Shown here piece after piece: positions 26,544 to 37,200 of a stretch of 64,000 nt of DNA. The notes under the pieces are model-generated. The model saw only the letters and a list, made by a program, of their open reading frames with translations, ran no database searches and was not told where the DNA came from. Source of the stretch: Hydrurus foetidus. Its lineage: Eukaryota. The stretch is taken from positions 4,898,001-4,962,000 of the forward strand of contig UYFQ01000001.1 in NCBI GenBank assembly GCA_900617105.1. Reading direction: 5' to 3'. The position numbers and the translations under genes are program-made. Each line of letters begins with the position of its first letter. Position 1 is the first letter of the stretch.

Positions 26544-29042
26544 TCAGAAATCAAAATCACTGGTGAAAGAGCGCCGCACTAAATAACGCAGCGATTTGTA
26601 TTCTTTGTAATGGCTGGTACCTGCCAGCTTTTCGTCAAGCCGTAGCACAACCTCTTGCCCGTTGGCCTCATCCGCTTTGCGGGTCAATACCAAGCGAACA
26701 TGCGACTCGCGGTCGCGCGGGTTCTCTGACGCCAGATCAAACGTCAGTTCGTGGCTATCGGAGATCAAGTCACCCGAATGGGTGTAGATGCCGGCCCGCA
26801 ATGTGCGTGCTTGTATCTTGTCTGTCACGGCCTGCGACTGATACATCACCACAGCGAGCTGACCCGATGTGATCGTCGACGTCGTTCCGCGCAATATGTC
26901 CACGTCAACTACAGACAAATCACTCTGCCGCTTCTTGTTGATCTTAACGACCGGAATCACCAACTCCTGCAAGGTGGCACCCCCATGCACAAAGCGGCTC
27001 CCAGAACCTTGCAAACGCAGGCGGTGGATGGATTTCGGAATTTGCACTTCGATGTCGCCGGTCAAACCCAATTGAACCGACGTGAATGACTTCAGACTGG
27101 TATTCTCTTTCAGACCACGGCCCAGCACAAAGCGTCGATCACGGTAAAGAATCGAATCACCCTCTACATCGCCTGCCAGAAAATCACTTTCTGCCAACGT
27201 GCGGTTCTGGTAAATGAAACCGTGGTCTGCCGTCACCAACAGGTTGCTGGCGTTGGCACTGGTCAGTTTTTTGATCACCCGCAGGAGCTCTTGCAGTGTC
27301 TCTTCGGCGGCATTGAACACGCGCTCTTCGGTGTCTCGCGTATCGCCGGTCTTGTCGATCAGATTGTGATAAATGTAGACTACATCGGTATCGCGCAACA
27401 GGGTGCGCGTGTCTTCCTTACCCATCTCAAGTAAATCTTTGGCCTGAATTGCTTTCCCAATTTTTCCATCGATCTTATTTAGAATTTTGTTCCGATTGTC
27501 CGTTCCACGGGAGCTTTGGCGATCAACTTGTACGCCGCCAGATTCGTCTGCGGTCAGCGTCAGTTCCTTGTTAGGCAACAGTGCTGCCATACCCAATTGG
27601 GTGTAGCTTGGCAGCATGGACAATGCTGGTTCAATGTCGGCATCAAAACGATCCTCTTGGCGGATCAAGGTCAGAAGCTCTTCGCCAACCTCGTAACGGA
27701 ACGCGTCCGAAATGATGACGTAGACCTTGTTGTCCTTTTCAAGAAATTGCTGAACGTAGCGCGTAAAAAAATTACGCTGCAAGGGCACAGGCGGTGCATC
27801 CCAGTGCCGCGCGTCATCCACAAATGCCTGCCAACGGTTGTTCAACTTCAACAGATAGCTGTTGGTGTACAGGTTCTCGATCTGCTCGGCGAGGCTAGCC
27901 ATCAGCGAGGCCTGGCCCGCGCTGCGAATGTGAAAGATGAACTTGCGATAGAGCTGGTCTAACCTAAACCAAGACTGGCTGTAGCGTAAAACGCCATCGG
28001 CCAAGGAATCCATCGCCAGCGTGGATTCATCAAGAGCGCGAATAAACTCTGCCGCCATCTCAAGTGCACCATAAAGATTCGCAAAATTAGCGTGCCAGTG
28101 GCCCTGACGACGCAGGCGAACCCACTGCGCTACATCAGTGGCAGACACCGTGCGTGCGGTCACCTGCTGGACCAAGTCTGAAATGATTTTCTTGTCAATC
28201 AAACGAAAGTAATCCAGCTCCATCAAACTGCGGAAGTCTCGTTTCGCCAGGTCTTGCTCGATGCCCAATGCATCGGCACATTCCGTCGACAAAGTTTCAA
28301 AGCAGGTTTCATATTGGCGGCTGTCTTTCCAGCGCTTCAAAAACACCAAAGCATCGGCAGATAGCTTGACCGTACCCTCCGTGCCCAAGGCATAGCACGA
28401 CTTAAATAACTCCACAACAAAGTCGCGTATGGTTGGCGTTTCAGATATGTAGCCATAGGATCGCTTCATCTGCTCCCACAAAATGCCGTCCAAACTGCAA
28501 CGATGGATCAGTTTCGCTTTATCGTCTTTGTCTTCGGCCAATTCGGCCAACAGAGATTCCAGCACCGAATCAAGGCGCGGCTCCGCACCGGTACATACAG
28601 CAAGCATCTTCAGGCGCAATTCTCCCTGCGTGTCGTCAGGCTTCAGCCATCGCTTCAATGCTTCCTTGCGTTTGCCGGCCTTGAAAAACTCGACATGCGC
28701 CTGCGCTACATTTGCAAACTCAATACCCAGTTCCAACTCAGCCAGCCACAAAGCCACCTGATCGGTACGAAACTCATCATGGGCGAGCTGCACATCCAGC
28801 AGCCAGTTGTCCAAATCGGCCGGCTGTGGTCCCGGCTTGTAAATCAGGAACTTGCTCTCCGGCTCATCACGCAAGATGCGGTGCTTGATGCCAAACTCGT
28901 TGTTGGCAATCTCCAGCTTCTGCACACCGGGCAGTACCAGCGCGTCAAAGTCGGAGCGCAACTCTTCCTTGGTGTCGTACCAGAAGACAATGCGAGTTGC
29001 TTCAAATTTTTTGGCCAGCGCCAGGGTAATGCGGCTTTCCAT
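26544..29042 (-). CDS. pglZ: BREX alkaline-phosphatase-fold protein PglZ
   Basis: RIVFWYD, IISDAFRYEVG, LPSYTQLGMAALLP, TADHGF, FVHGG. Confidence 0.95.
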   Translation of the reverse strand: MESRITLALAKKFEATRIVFWYDTKEELRSDFDALVLPGVQKLEIANNEFGIKHRILRDEPESKFLIYKPGPQPADLDNWLLDVQLAHDEFRTDQVALWLAELELGIEFANVAQAHVEFFKAGKRKEALKRWLKPDDTQGELRLKMLAVCTGAEPRLDSVLESLLAELAEDKDDKAKLIHRCSLDGILWEQMKRSYGYISETPTIRDFVVELFKSCYALGTEGTVKLSADALVFLKRWKDSRQYETCFETLSTECADALGIEQDLAKRDFRSLMELDYFRLIDKKIISDLVQQVTARTVSATDVAQWVRLRRQGHWHANFANLYGALEMAAEFIRALDESTLAMDSLADGVLRYSQSWFRLDQLYRKFIFHIRSAGQASLMASLAEQIENLYTNSYLLKLNNRWQAFVDDARHWDAPPVPLQRNFFTRYVQQFLEKDNKVYVIISDAFRYEVGEELLTLIRQEDRFDADIEPALSMLPSYTQLGMAALLPNKELTLTADESGGVQVDRQSSRGTDNRNKILNKIDGKIGKAIQAKDLLEMGKEDTRTLLRDTDVVYIYHNLIDKTGDTRDTEERVFNAAEETLQELLRVIKKLTSANASNLLVTADHGFIYQNRTLAESDFLAGDVEGDSILYRDRRFVLGRGLKENTSLKSFTSVQLGLTGDIEVQIPKSIHRLRLQGSGSRFVHGGATLQELVIPVVKINKKRQSDLSVVDVDILRGTTSTITSGQLAVVMYQSQAVTDKIQARTLRAGIYTHSGDLISDSHELTFDLASENPRDRESHVRLVLTRKADEANGQEVVLRLDEKLAGTSHYKEYKSLRYLVRRSFTSDFDF

Positions 29043-29044
29043 CT

Positions 29045-32000
29045 TCAATCCTCAGTAGCGTCCAGCCCAACTATCTTTTTCAGCGCCGCACCAAACTTGC
29101 CGTAGTTTGCCTTCACACCGTTATCCAGATCAATCTCTAGCTTCTGGGTTGCCAACGGGTAGAGCACATCACGCTCATAGCCCTCCAGCTCGACGATGTT
29201 CTTTTTCAGGATTTCGATTTCCTTCAGCGCCTTGGTCTTCTCACCGGACGACGCGCTGCCGCTGATGCTCACCTGGTCCAAATGGCTCTTTCGTGCGGCC
29301 AACTTTGTACGGAACTCGCGCAAGTAGTCGTTCAGCACCACGCTCACCGTGTCCGGGCGGTAACGGTGCATATAAATCAAAGCCTTGAAGCTACCTTTAG
29401 GGCTTGAGAACAGCCAGTATATGGGTCGTTTCTTGTAGCGCTTGACGTGGTCGGTGTAAAACTCGTTGAGAAAATAGTCGCGGATCGGTAGCGGCTTGCC
29501 CTTCTTGCCCAACGCGGTTTCGATGAAGCTCAGGTTTTCTTCGTAATGCTCGTCGCCGAAAGACACACGCAGGAACTCGCGGAAGCGGTTGGTTATATCG
29601 TCGGTGAACCAGTCACCGTCGAGCAGCGGAATCACGTTGTTCTCGTCAGGCGCAAAGCGCGGTTGCGGCACTTGGAGCAGATAGTCCGCCAGCGTTTCGC
29701 TCTGGTTGGCGAGGATAAGCCCCGGCTTGTCGAGGCTGTAGCGGCCAAACATGCAGCCAACGGCGTAGGATATGAGCTCGCACATCGTGTCGGCACGCAG
29801 CGTATCTTCCAACGTTTGCTCACTTTTTTCACCACCATAGCGGTAGTGCGGATTGCAGGTCACGGTGATTTCAGTGAGCGGAACTTCCGGAGTAAGTTCG
29901 TCTTGTAAGCCGTAGGCTTCGATAAATATGCGATTGTTTTCTTCCTCCAGACGTTGCACGTTTTGTGTTGTCGCAAGCCATTGTGCGCGGAGTTTAGTCC
30001 AAGTAGATTGAAGACAAGATTGGCCGTGCGTATCTTGCAGTAACGAACTCATAGAAAAGCCCCAAGACGTCTCAAACGAATTCCAATCGTCTTTGGACAA
30101 CTGCGCAAGTGCAGACGCATTTTGACTGATGGAGTCTCGCCCACTAAATTCAAAATTGGAAGGGAGTTTGGCTATGTCACCGGGTTGATAATTTAGCGTT
30201 GAGCTAATGAAGTTAATCAATGGAATAATGATGTTACTGTTCAAATATGCAGTAATTAACGGATGCAGTCGTTGGTCATGCGCAAATAGAGAAGATCCAG
30301 CATTGTCGAATAGCGAACATGACGAAAATCGCGCTGATGTTTTTCCCGAGGTTAATGCGTTCCAAGTCACACCGTCTTTAAAGATGTAATCTAGGTTGTA
30401 GTTGTGCGAGCGCACTTTTCCAGTTGTCGGGTCGGAGAAGTTACGTATCTCCTCTCCGTCATTTTTCCAATTCACCAAATACTCTAGGTTCCCGTACCAC
30501 TTTCTGAAATCGCCGCCTTTTTGATATGGAAACCACTTGAGGCCGGAGCCAATAGCCTTTTGCCTAGAGTCAACAGTCCTTCCGAAATAATCATTCGAAA
30601 CCTCGTACCAAAACCGGAGAAATTTTCCATTGTCAGCAGTGGCCATTCCCAATCTGGTGTCAGCTACTTCGCCAATTTTCTTGGCACCAAATAGTTGAAT
30701 CATTGCGTGACTAGCCCAATAGGCAATCGGGCTACCGGGTATTTTCTGAAAGTCGGCGTTAGCAGCACGGTGATGCCAGCCACATTCGCGGTTGCGAACA
30801 GCTTCGCGCAACAATCGATCTTTAGCAGCCTCTGATGAACCATCGATCAAACGCAAAAAATCACCTTTAAACTCACGATGCGGAGCGTTTTCGAGGACGA
30901 ACGCCGTGGTGGACACCACCTCGCCACCGATACTGTCAAATGCACGGGGCCCAAGATGCGCCATTGAACAGAACGTTTTGTTGTTGAGCAGATTAGTACG
31001 CAATTTTTCGAAGGATGACAGGAACATCCAGCTCTGCATTGTGATCATGCCGACAGCGCCCTGCTTAACGGTTAGATCGAGATTGCGCTCAATGAACATG
31101 GCGAACAGGTCGGCCTTACTGTCTGGGTACTTTTCCTTGCCCCATGCTTGGAGCCGTCCGTTCATTCCCCCACTACCCATATAAGGCGGATTCGCCACCA
31201 CTACCTGATAGCGCTCGCTTAGATATTCCGCTTGATCGAGTACACGCAGCATATCCTTATGGACGTGTTCCAGCAGCAACTGGCTGCCGATGCCTTTTTC
31301 GGCGAACGCGCGGCGCAGTTCGGCATAGTCCATCATCACCGGGCGAATCAGCGAGCCAAAGTTGTCGGCCTCCTCGAACTCAGTAAGCAGCGTGCGCAGC
31401 TTGGCAGTGAATAGGTCGCGCCCAACGACTGCCACATAGGCATCCAGGTCATGCGGATCGATCTTGGTCCGCCTCAACACGCAGATATTCGGCTGGATGC
31501 GCTTGTTGAGGAAACGCCGCTGCTTGCCGCGTGCCTTCATAGTTAGAGCAAAAGCGGCCAATTCGGCGGCCCGCTCGTCGATCTCGATACCGTAGAGGTT
31601 GTTGGTAAGTATCTTCTCTGGAATCTCAGCCGGATCGGCGCCTTCCTCCTCGTAGATGGCATAGAGCAGGTCGAAGGCGTAAGTGAGCATGTGACCGGAA
31701 CCACAGGCCGGGTCACACAGCTTGATGTCCTCGGGCTTGGCGATGTGCAAGAAATCGACAATAGACTCCTGTGGCGCGATGTAATAGTCCATCTGCTCGG
31801 CCAACCGTGAGTTCGGTCGGTTGAGCAGCCACAAGCGACCGAGGGAGTTTTCAACCAGGTAGCGCACGATCCAATGCGGGGTGAACAGTTGGGTGGCTGC
31901 GGGGATGTTTTCCGGGGTGATCTTCTTGTTCTTCTTCAGTCCTTCGAAAACTGCGTCCTTTTTCTCGGAGATGTAGAACTGATAAAGCCAGCCGATGACC

Positions 32001-32584
32001 TCTACGTCCCGGCAGGCATCCGGCGTCATGGCCTCACGGGTGTAGGCGAGGATGGAGTTGCCGGAGAGCAGATCGTCCGGCATCAGCAGTTCGGTAAAGT
32101 CAGCGATCCGCTCGAAGAGGTAGGGCATAGCACGGTGGAAGTCGTTACACGCGGCCACAACTAGAAGACAATAGGCTTCTTGCTGCGGGTCACGGCTAGT
32201 TGCACTTTCGTTCAGCAGTGCAATGACCTGCTGGCGTACCTCGGACGGTACCATTTCTTCGTCGAGGTGACCCATCTTTGCCTCGGCCAGAATCTCGGGC
32301 TGGAACTGCCCTTCTACGGGCGACACCACGCCAATCCGGCTGTACCTGTTCACGTCCATGAAGCGTAGCGCGCAAAAGCGGTTGAACCATGTGTAGGCTA
32401 CTTTCTCGATCACCTGCTCTTCACTAGTATCTCTGATCTGTTTTTCCAGATCTTGCACCGCGTTGCCATTCTCTCGCCGCGCGGCACTGTCGCTGCCCAA
32501 TACCATGCCCATCTTGGCTGCGACTTGTTCCCTCAGTGTGCGGCGGGCATATTGGGCGAAGCGCTTTAGCTTAGTGGTTTCCAT
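29045..32584 (-). CDS. pglX: BREX-1 adenine-specific DNA methyltransferase PglX (BrxX)
   Basis: AYTWFNR, IPAATQLFTP, DPACGSGH (SAM-binding), NPPY (catalytic), YKKRPIYW. Confidence 0.95.
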   Translation of the reverse strand: METTKLKRFAQYARRTLREQVAAKMGMVLGSDSAARRENGNAVQDLEKQIRDTSEEQVIEKVAYTWFNRFCALRFMDVNRYSRIGVVSPVEGQFQPEILAEAKMGHLDEEMVPSEVRQQVIALLNESATSRDPQQEAYCLLVVAACNDFHRAMPYLFERIADFTELLMPDDLLSGNSILAYTREAMTPDACRDVEVIGWLYQFYISEKKDAVFEGLKKNKKITPENIPAATQLFTPHWIVRYLVENSLGRLWLLNRPNSRLAEQMDYYIAPQESIVDFLHIAKPEDIKLCDPACGSGHMLTYAFDLLYAIYEEEGADPAEIPEKILTNNLYGIEIDERAAELAAFALTMKARGKQRRFLNKRIQPNICVLRRTKIDPHDLDAYVAVVGRDLFTAKLRTLLTEFEEADNFGSLIRPVMMDYAELRRAFAEKGIGSQLLLEHVHKDMLRVLDQAEYLSERYQVVVANPPYMGSGGMNGRLQAWGKEKYPDSKADLFAMFIERNLDLTVKQGAVGMITMQSWMFLSSFEKLRTNLLNNKTFCSMAHLGPRAFDSIGGEVVSTTAFVLENAPHREFKGDFLRLIDGSSEAAKDRLLREAVRNRECGWHHRAANADFQKIPGSPIAYWASHAMIQLFGAKKIGEVADTRLGMATADNGKFLRFWYEVSNDYFGRTVDSRQKAIGSGLKWFPYQKGGDFRKWYGNLEYLVNWKNDGEEIRNFSDPTTGKVRSHNYNLDYIFKDGVTWNALTSGKTSARFSSCSLFDNAGSSLFAHDQRLHPLITAYLNSNIIIPLINFISSTLNYQPGDIAKLPSNFEFSGRDSISQNASALAQLSKDDWNSFETSWGFSMSSLLQDTHGQSCLQSTWTKLRAQWLATTQNVQRLEEENNRIFIEAYGLQDELTPEVPLTEITVTCNPHYRYGGEKSEQTLEDTLRADTMCELISYAVGCMFGRYSLDKPGLILANQSETLADYLLQVPQPRFAPDENNVIPLLDGDWFTDDITNRFREFLRVSFGDEHYEENLSFIETALGKKGKPLPIRDYFLNEFYTDHVKRYKKRPIYWLFSSPKGSFKALIYMHRYRPDTVSVVLNDYLREFRTKLAARKSHLDQVSISGSASSGEKTKALKEIEILKKNIVELEGYERDVLYPLATQKLEIDLDNGVKANYGKFGAALKKIVGLDATED

Positions 32585-32589
32585 TGTTC

Positions 32590-33150
32590 TTATGCTCCGG
32601 GCTTAGGTACAGCCAATGAGATCGGGATAACAGTGGTGGAACTCGCGCTAAGACGCGTAACCGGCCACTTCGGAAAGTTTTCGTTCCAAGTATCGATGTT
32701 GAAGACCTGACAGTTCTCGACAAGCTGGCGCTGCCATCGTGGGGTCGGCATTCCCATGGGGGGCAATTTTTTCGCAATCTCGTCCGACAGGCTCAGCAAA
32801 AGTGCGGGCTCCAGTGTGACGAGGCTGATGTAATGGATTGGCTTATTGACCTTGCCTTCCGCCCAGCGGTAGACAAATGAGTCGATGAACTTCGCGGCGA
32901 ACGTGCCGCTTAAGGTGCCGTCATTCAATTCGCCGAAAAACTTTGCCAGTCCTTTTGCCTGCGCATTGGGATTGCCGGGGTCTTTCACCTCTACGAAGAC
33001 CCAGGCCTCAACCATTTCCACAACAAAATCAACCCTATGCATGACGCTGATGCCGTGAAAATTCGGCAAAGTGGGCTTAATCTGATCAAAGATAAGGCCA
33101 TCTACGGCGTTGGTGAAGTCAAAAGACAAGTCGCGTTCTGCAAGCTTCAT
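32590..33150 (-). CDS. Hypothetical protein with PD-(D/E)XK nuclease-like motif
   Basis: VDFVVE..VFVEVKD pattern; start overlaps the ATPase stop. Confidence 0.65.
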   Translation of the reverse strand: MKLAERDLSFDFTNAVDGLIFDQIKPTLPNFHGISVMHRVDFVVEMVEAWVFVEVKDPGNPNAQAKGLAKFFGELNDGTLSGTFAAKFIDSFVYRWAEGKVNKPIHYISLVTLEPALLLSLSDEIAKKLPPMGMPTPRWQRQLVENCQVFNIDTWNENFPKWPVTRLSASSTTVIPISLAVPKPGA

Positions 33151-34226
33151 TTGCCCAGGTTCCCCATCTTCAGGCGAACCTGTTCTTTGGTGAGATCGTT
33201 GAAGGTATCAGCAATTGCGTTTGGCGTGATGGCGAGATAGTCGTCAGTGGATTCGAGCTTAACCTCACCGGTATCGGAGTCTCTGTAGAGGGCGTGGAAG
33301 CGAACGTGATCACCCTTTCCCTTGTCCTGGAGCAGATCGAACCACTTCAGCAGCACATAGTCGTGGGTGGCCAGCACGATTTGTTGCCCGTTGCGGGATA
33401 GCTCTAGCAGAATTTGAACCAACAACTTCATCAGTTTAGGGTTCATGTTGGTTTCGGGCTCGTCCCAAAACAGCGGACCACTGACTCCGGGTTGTATGCT
33501 GCCGGTTTGCAGTAGTCGAGCCAACATGCCGATCTTTCGAAAACCTTCGGCTATGACGTTTGCGGAATACTCGGCATCGCCGGCTTTGAAGGTGACGTTC
33601 CCGCCGCCGTAAAAAACGAAGCGTCCGTCGCAAATAGTTTCGATCTCCGCCACCGCCCACTTTGATTTTTCGTGCAGGGTTTCAGGACGCACTTCGGGCA
33701 AATCGAGACGCACACAAATGTCTTGGTAGGTTTGGTCGAAAGACAGCCCGTAGGTCTCGTAAAGGCTGACGAACCCTTTCATGAATGACAGGACTTCTTT
33801 GGTCGGAATAAAAACTGGTGCTTCGTTATATTCGGTATAGCGACGACTCTCGTCAACGACAACGGACTTTGAGTTAGTGCTGAAGCTCACGCCAATGCTC
33901 TGATCGCTGGCGAATGTAGCCTTGATTTCGGCACGGTCGGTGCCCGCACCATGCAGCCGCAGCTTGCCCAGTTTGGCTTCCAGCGGCATGAAGACGCTCA
34001 AGAGCTTTTGCGTTACGGCGGCGACCACTGCCTCATTGCTAGGGTCAGCCTTGACTTCACGAGTACGCAAAGCGGATGCCAAGGCATAACTAGCCTTCAG
34101 CAAATGGGTCTTGCCAGTGCCGTTCTCGCCAATGATGATATTGATCTTGGAAGAGAAGTTGATGGCCTGATCACCGCTCAAATTAGCGAACTTGGTAAAG
34201 TTTTTGAGTTCCAGTTTTTCAATCAT
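33147..34226 (-). CDS. ABC-type (AAA_15/AAA_21-like) ATPase
   Basis: LELKNF, Walker A GENGTGKT, signature-like AEGFRK, Walker B/D-loop LFWDEPETNMNP, H-loop ATHD; TAAGGAG RBS. Confidence 0.9.
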   Translation of the reverse strand: MIEKLELKNFTKFANLSGDQAINFSSKINIIIGENGTGKTHLLKASYALASALRTREVKADPSNEAVVAAVTQKLLSVFMPLEAKLGKLRLHGAGTDRAEIKATFASDQSIGVSFSTNSKSVVVDESRRYTEYNEAPVFIPTKEVLSFMKGFVSLYETYGLSFDQTYQDICVRLDLPEVRPETLHEKSKWAVAEIETICDGRFVFYGGGNVTFKAGDAEYSANVIAEGFRKIGMLARLLQTGSIQPGVSGPLFWDEPETNMNPKLMKLLVQILLELSRNGQQIVLATHDYVLLKWFDLLQDKGKGDHVRFHALYRDSDTGEVKLESTDDYLAITPNAIADTFNDLTKEQVRLKMGNLGK

Positions 34227-34235
34227 GTTGACTCC

Positions 34236-37200
34236 TTAAATTTGCACGCGTTTGCCGTCGCTGATGGCCTTGAGCAAGGCTTTGCGCATGGATTCCACAT
34301 AGCGCTCAACGTCGCTTGCATCTGCCAGCCAAGCTTTGTCAAAATCCACTCGGATATTACGACTGGGCACATACTCAACCTTTGGTTCCTCTAGCGTTCC
34401 TGCCTCGTTGACAGTGGTGGCTGCTGCTGCGGCACCCGTGACTGGGGGCTTGGCCGGTGCTGGCTTGGCCCACGTAGACAAGCGCGATAGCAAGCGCTGG
34501 TATTCGTCGTCTTCAAAGCGGCGCAAAGTGTCGCGTATGACCGCGATCAATTTTTGCTGTGCGATGCTCTGCGTACAGCGCTCAAACGGACCGACGATTT
34601 GCATCTGTTGTTCCGTAGACAGTGCGATGAATTCCGCCATGCTACGGGTGCGTCGCGCCAGCGTTTCGACAGCGGTTCGCGCGGTTTCGATCTCGATGCT
34701 AATTTGCCCAGCGATCTTGACTTGCAGGGCATCAACCAGTGCTTTGACCTGCTGCATCCGACTACCTTTGAAACATTCTGCGTCAGTGAGTGCCGAGCTG
34801 AGCTGGGCGGCTTCTTCGCTGTGTATGTAGGCGAAGTTTGGCTCCTGGCTTTGCACGAACTTGCGGGCCTCGACGAAAATGTCTTTCTGCGCGCCGTTCA
34901 TGAATTTTCGGATCGGGTCGATGACCTTTTCCTTCAAGTCCAGCAAAGCATCTTCTTGCCGCGCCAATTCTGTCAGATGCCATGTGTAGGGTTTGTCGCT
35001 GACTTCCTTGAGCGTATCCAAAACCGGCTTGAGTGCGGCCAAAAACGGGTATTGAATGACTTGCGCAGCCAGCAGGTTCAGGTCAGTGTGCAGTTGCTTG
35101 AACGCCGCTTCCGCCTCCTTGCCTAAGGCCTTGGCTTCGCCAGCACCAGCGGGGGTGTCAAAAAAGTCCGCAAAGAACTCTCTCAACGCCCGGACTTGAG
35201 AAGCGGTGTAATCGACCTGTGGTTCGAGGACGACAGTTCCATGGCCATGCGTGTTGCGGAGGGCACGTTCCAGATCGTCGTCTTCCAATACGTTGCCATC
35301 CATGCGCACTTCTATTTTGCTTCTGGCACAGAGGTGCGCCAAGATGCAAAGGACTGCCGCGAAGTGCCAGCCGTAAGGTTTGCGTTCGAATTTTTCTAAT
35401 AGACTCTTCAGCGTGGTTCTAACACCTCCACGGCTGTTGCTCTGAACAAAGGCCAGCATTTCTTGCTCGGATTCTGCAAGCGAAGTGACGATCTCGTGTG
35501 ACGCACTCAAGAATCTGCTTATATCGTTTTCTGCGTAGGCGAAGCCGCGCAGCATCCGTAGATTGGGGTATACCCGCTGGATCAGCTCGTAGAAACCTTT
35601 GGTAAGCCGCGTTTGGGCCTCTTCTGATCCAACGTCTAAGTCACCGCCAGAAATGATGAGTTTGGCTTTTCCCAAAAGCGATTGCACGAGAATCTGCAAA
35701 TCGCTATGCCGTTCGCGGTTCTGGAAACCTTTGTCGGTAAGAATCCGTTTGACGTTATCCTGCTGGGTGGTGGAGACAGTCTGTCGGATGTATTTTTCGG
35801 TACGCTTGTACATCAACAGGTCGCGGACAAGTTGATCGTCGGGCGGCATTATCACAAGTAGCTCGTCGCGTCCCATGCTTTGCATGCGCAGAATGGTTTC
35901 GCTACCTGCGTTTTCGTAGAAGGGGCTGATGACGTGAATTGCCAGTTCGTATTCGCGGCCTTGTAGTTTGTCATCGAGCTTGCGGGAAAAAGGATAATCC
36001 TGCCCGCCGCGGTTGCCGTTAGGCTCAAATCGGATCTTCCTGTTCTTAATGACACTGTCGAAGATCAATTTTTCAAGTTCGCTGCTAACTTCTGAAGATT
36101 CAACGTCGGTGTTCTTGATCTCCTGCTCGACGTCTTTTTCTTCGTCCGTCAGGTATTCATATAGCTCACCATTGCGCTGAATATACGTTTGCTGCTCCAG
36201 CAGGTTCAGCGCTTCTTCAACCTTCTTACGCATCTGTGGCAGGTCTTGGTTAAAGCTTTCCAGCATCAGCACGCACAGGTTGCGCAGCGTGGGCTTGAAT
36301 TCCTTGACGTACTTCACGAGAAAGAGGGTTTTCAACAGCTTAATGGCAAATTTATTATCAACCTGATTCTCGGCATTGATGATGGCCCGCTGAATATGTG
36401 ACTTCAACGCAGTCCGAATGCCCTCAAACATCAGGTCGAACGTGGCTAAGTGCCCCAGTTGATGACCGCTGATCTGTTTGGCAACCTCTTGGAATACGCC
36501 GAGCATGGAGCGCTCACCCACCGAACTGTGCTTACCTTCAAAGCCGTTGTGCTGAGACAAGCTCTGGATGGCTGACTGGAATAACCCGAACTGGTAAGGG
36601 ATGAACGGATAGCAATGTATGAAGTGATCACGGTCTTGAAAGTTGCGGTAGCTCTGCGAGCCATCCGCAAAGTCGAATAGTGTTTTGAAGTTGTTCGACT
36701 GCTGGTGGTATACGTCCGTGAGCAAGCCGATGCCTTCATCATTTTTCATCAGCAGGCGCTTTTGAATAACTTCAGCCACATCGGCGCTGGTAAGCTTCAT
36801 TCGGTTGGAAAAGCGAGCTTGAATTTTTGTGAAATCGTTGCTCTGCTGCTTGCTCATTTCGCCCACAACCGTGGACATGTCTTCTTGGGCGGTGACAATG
36901 ACCCATGCACGGCCATTGCACTTAGTGGCAAGACTCTCGGCAATGGTTTGCAGGTTGGTCATGAGTTTGACGTTGTCAGCGATATATTGCCCCACCTCAT
37001 CCACAAAGAAATTCAGACGGAAGTTGGCTTGCCGTTTGTCGAGAAAAGCTTTGACCTGATTCGCGAAATCTTCAATCGAGACGCGATATTGGCTGCGGTA
37101 CTTGTCCAGGATGCCTGCTGCGTCTGCGTCAGCATCTCCCGTGGCCACGGCATAGGCGCGGGCGATGTTTTTGGATTCCAGTAACGCTTGCTCGCGACCA

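Noticed and set aside
32590..34226. Calling the nested pair PARIS, Septu or Gabija
   Set aside because: The partner shows no TOPRIM, HNH or helicase motif; left unassigned pending an HMM search
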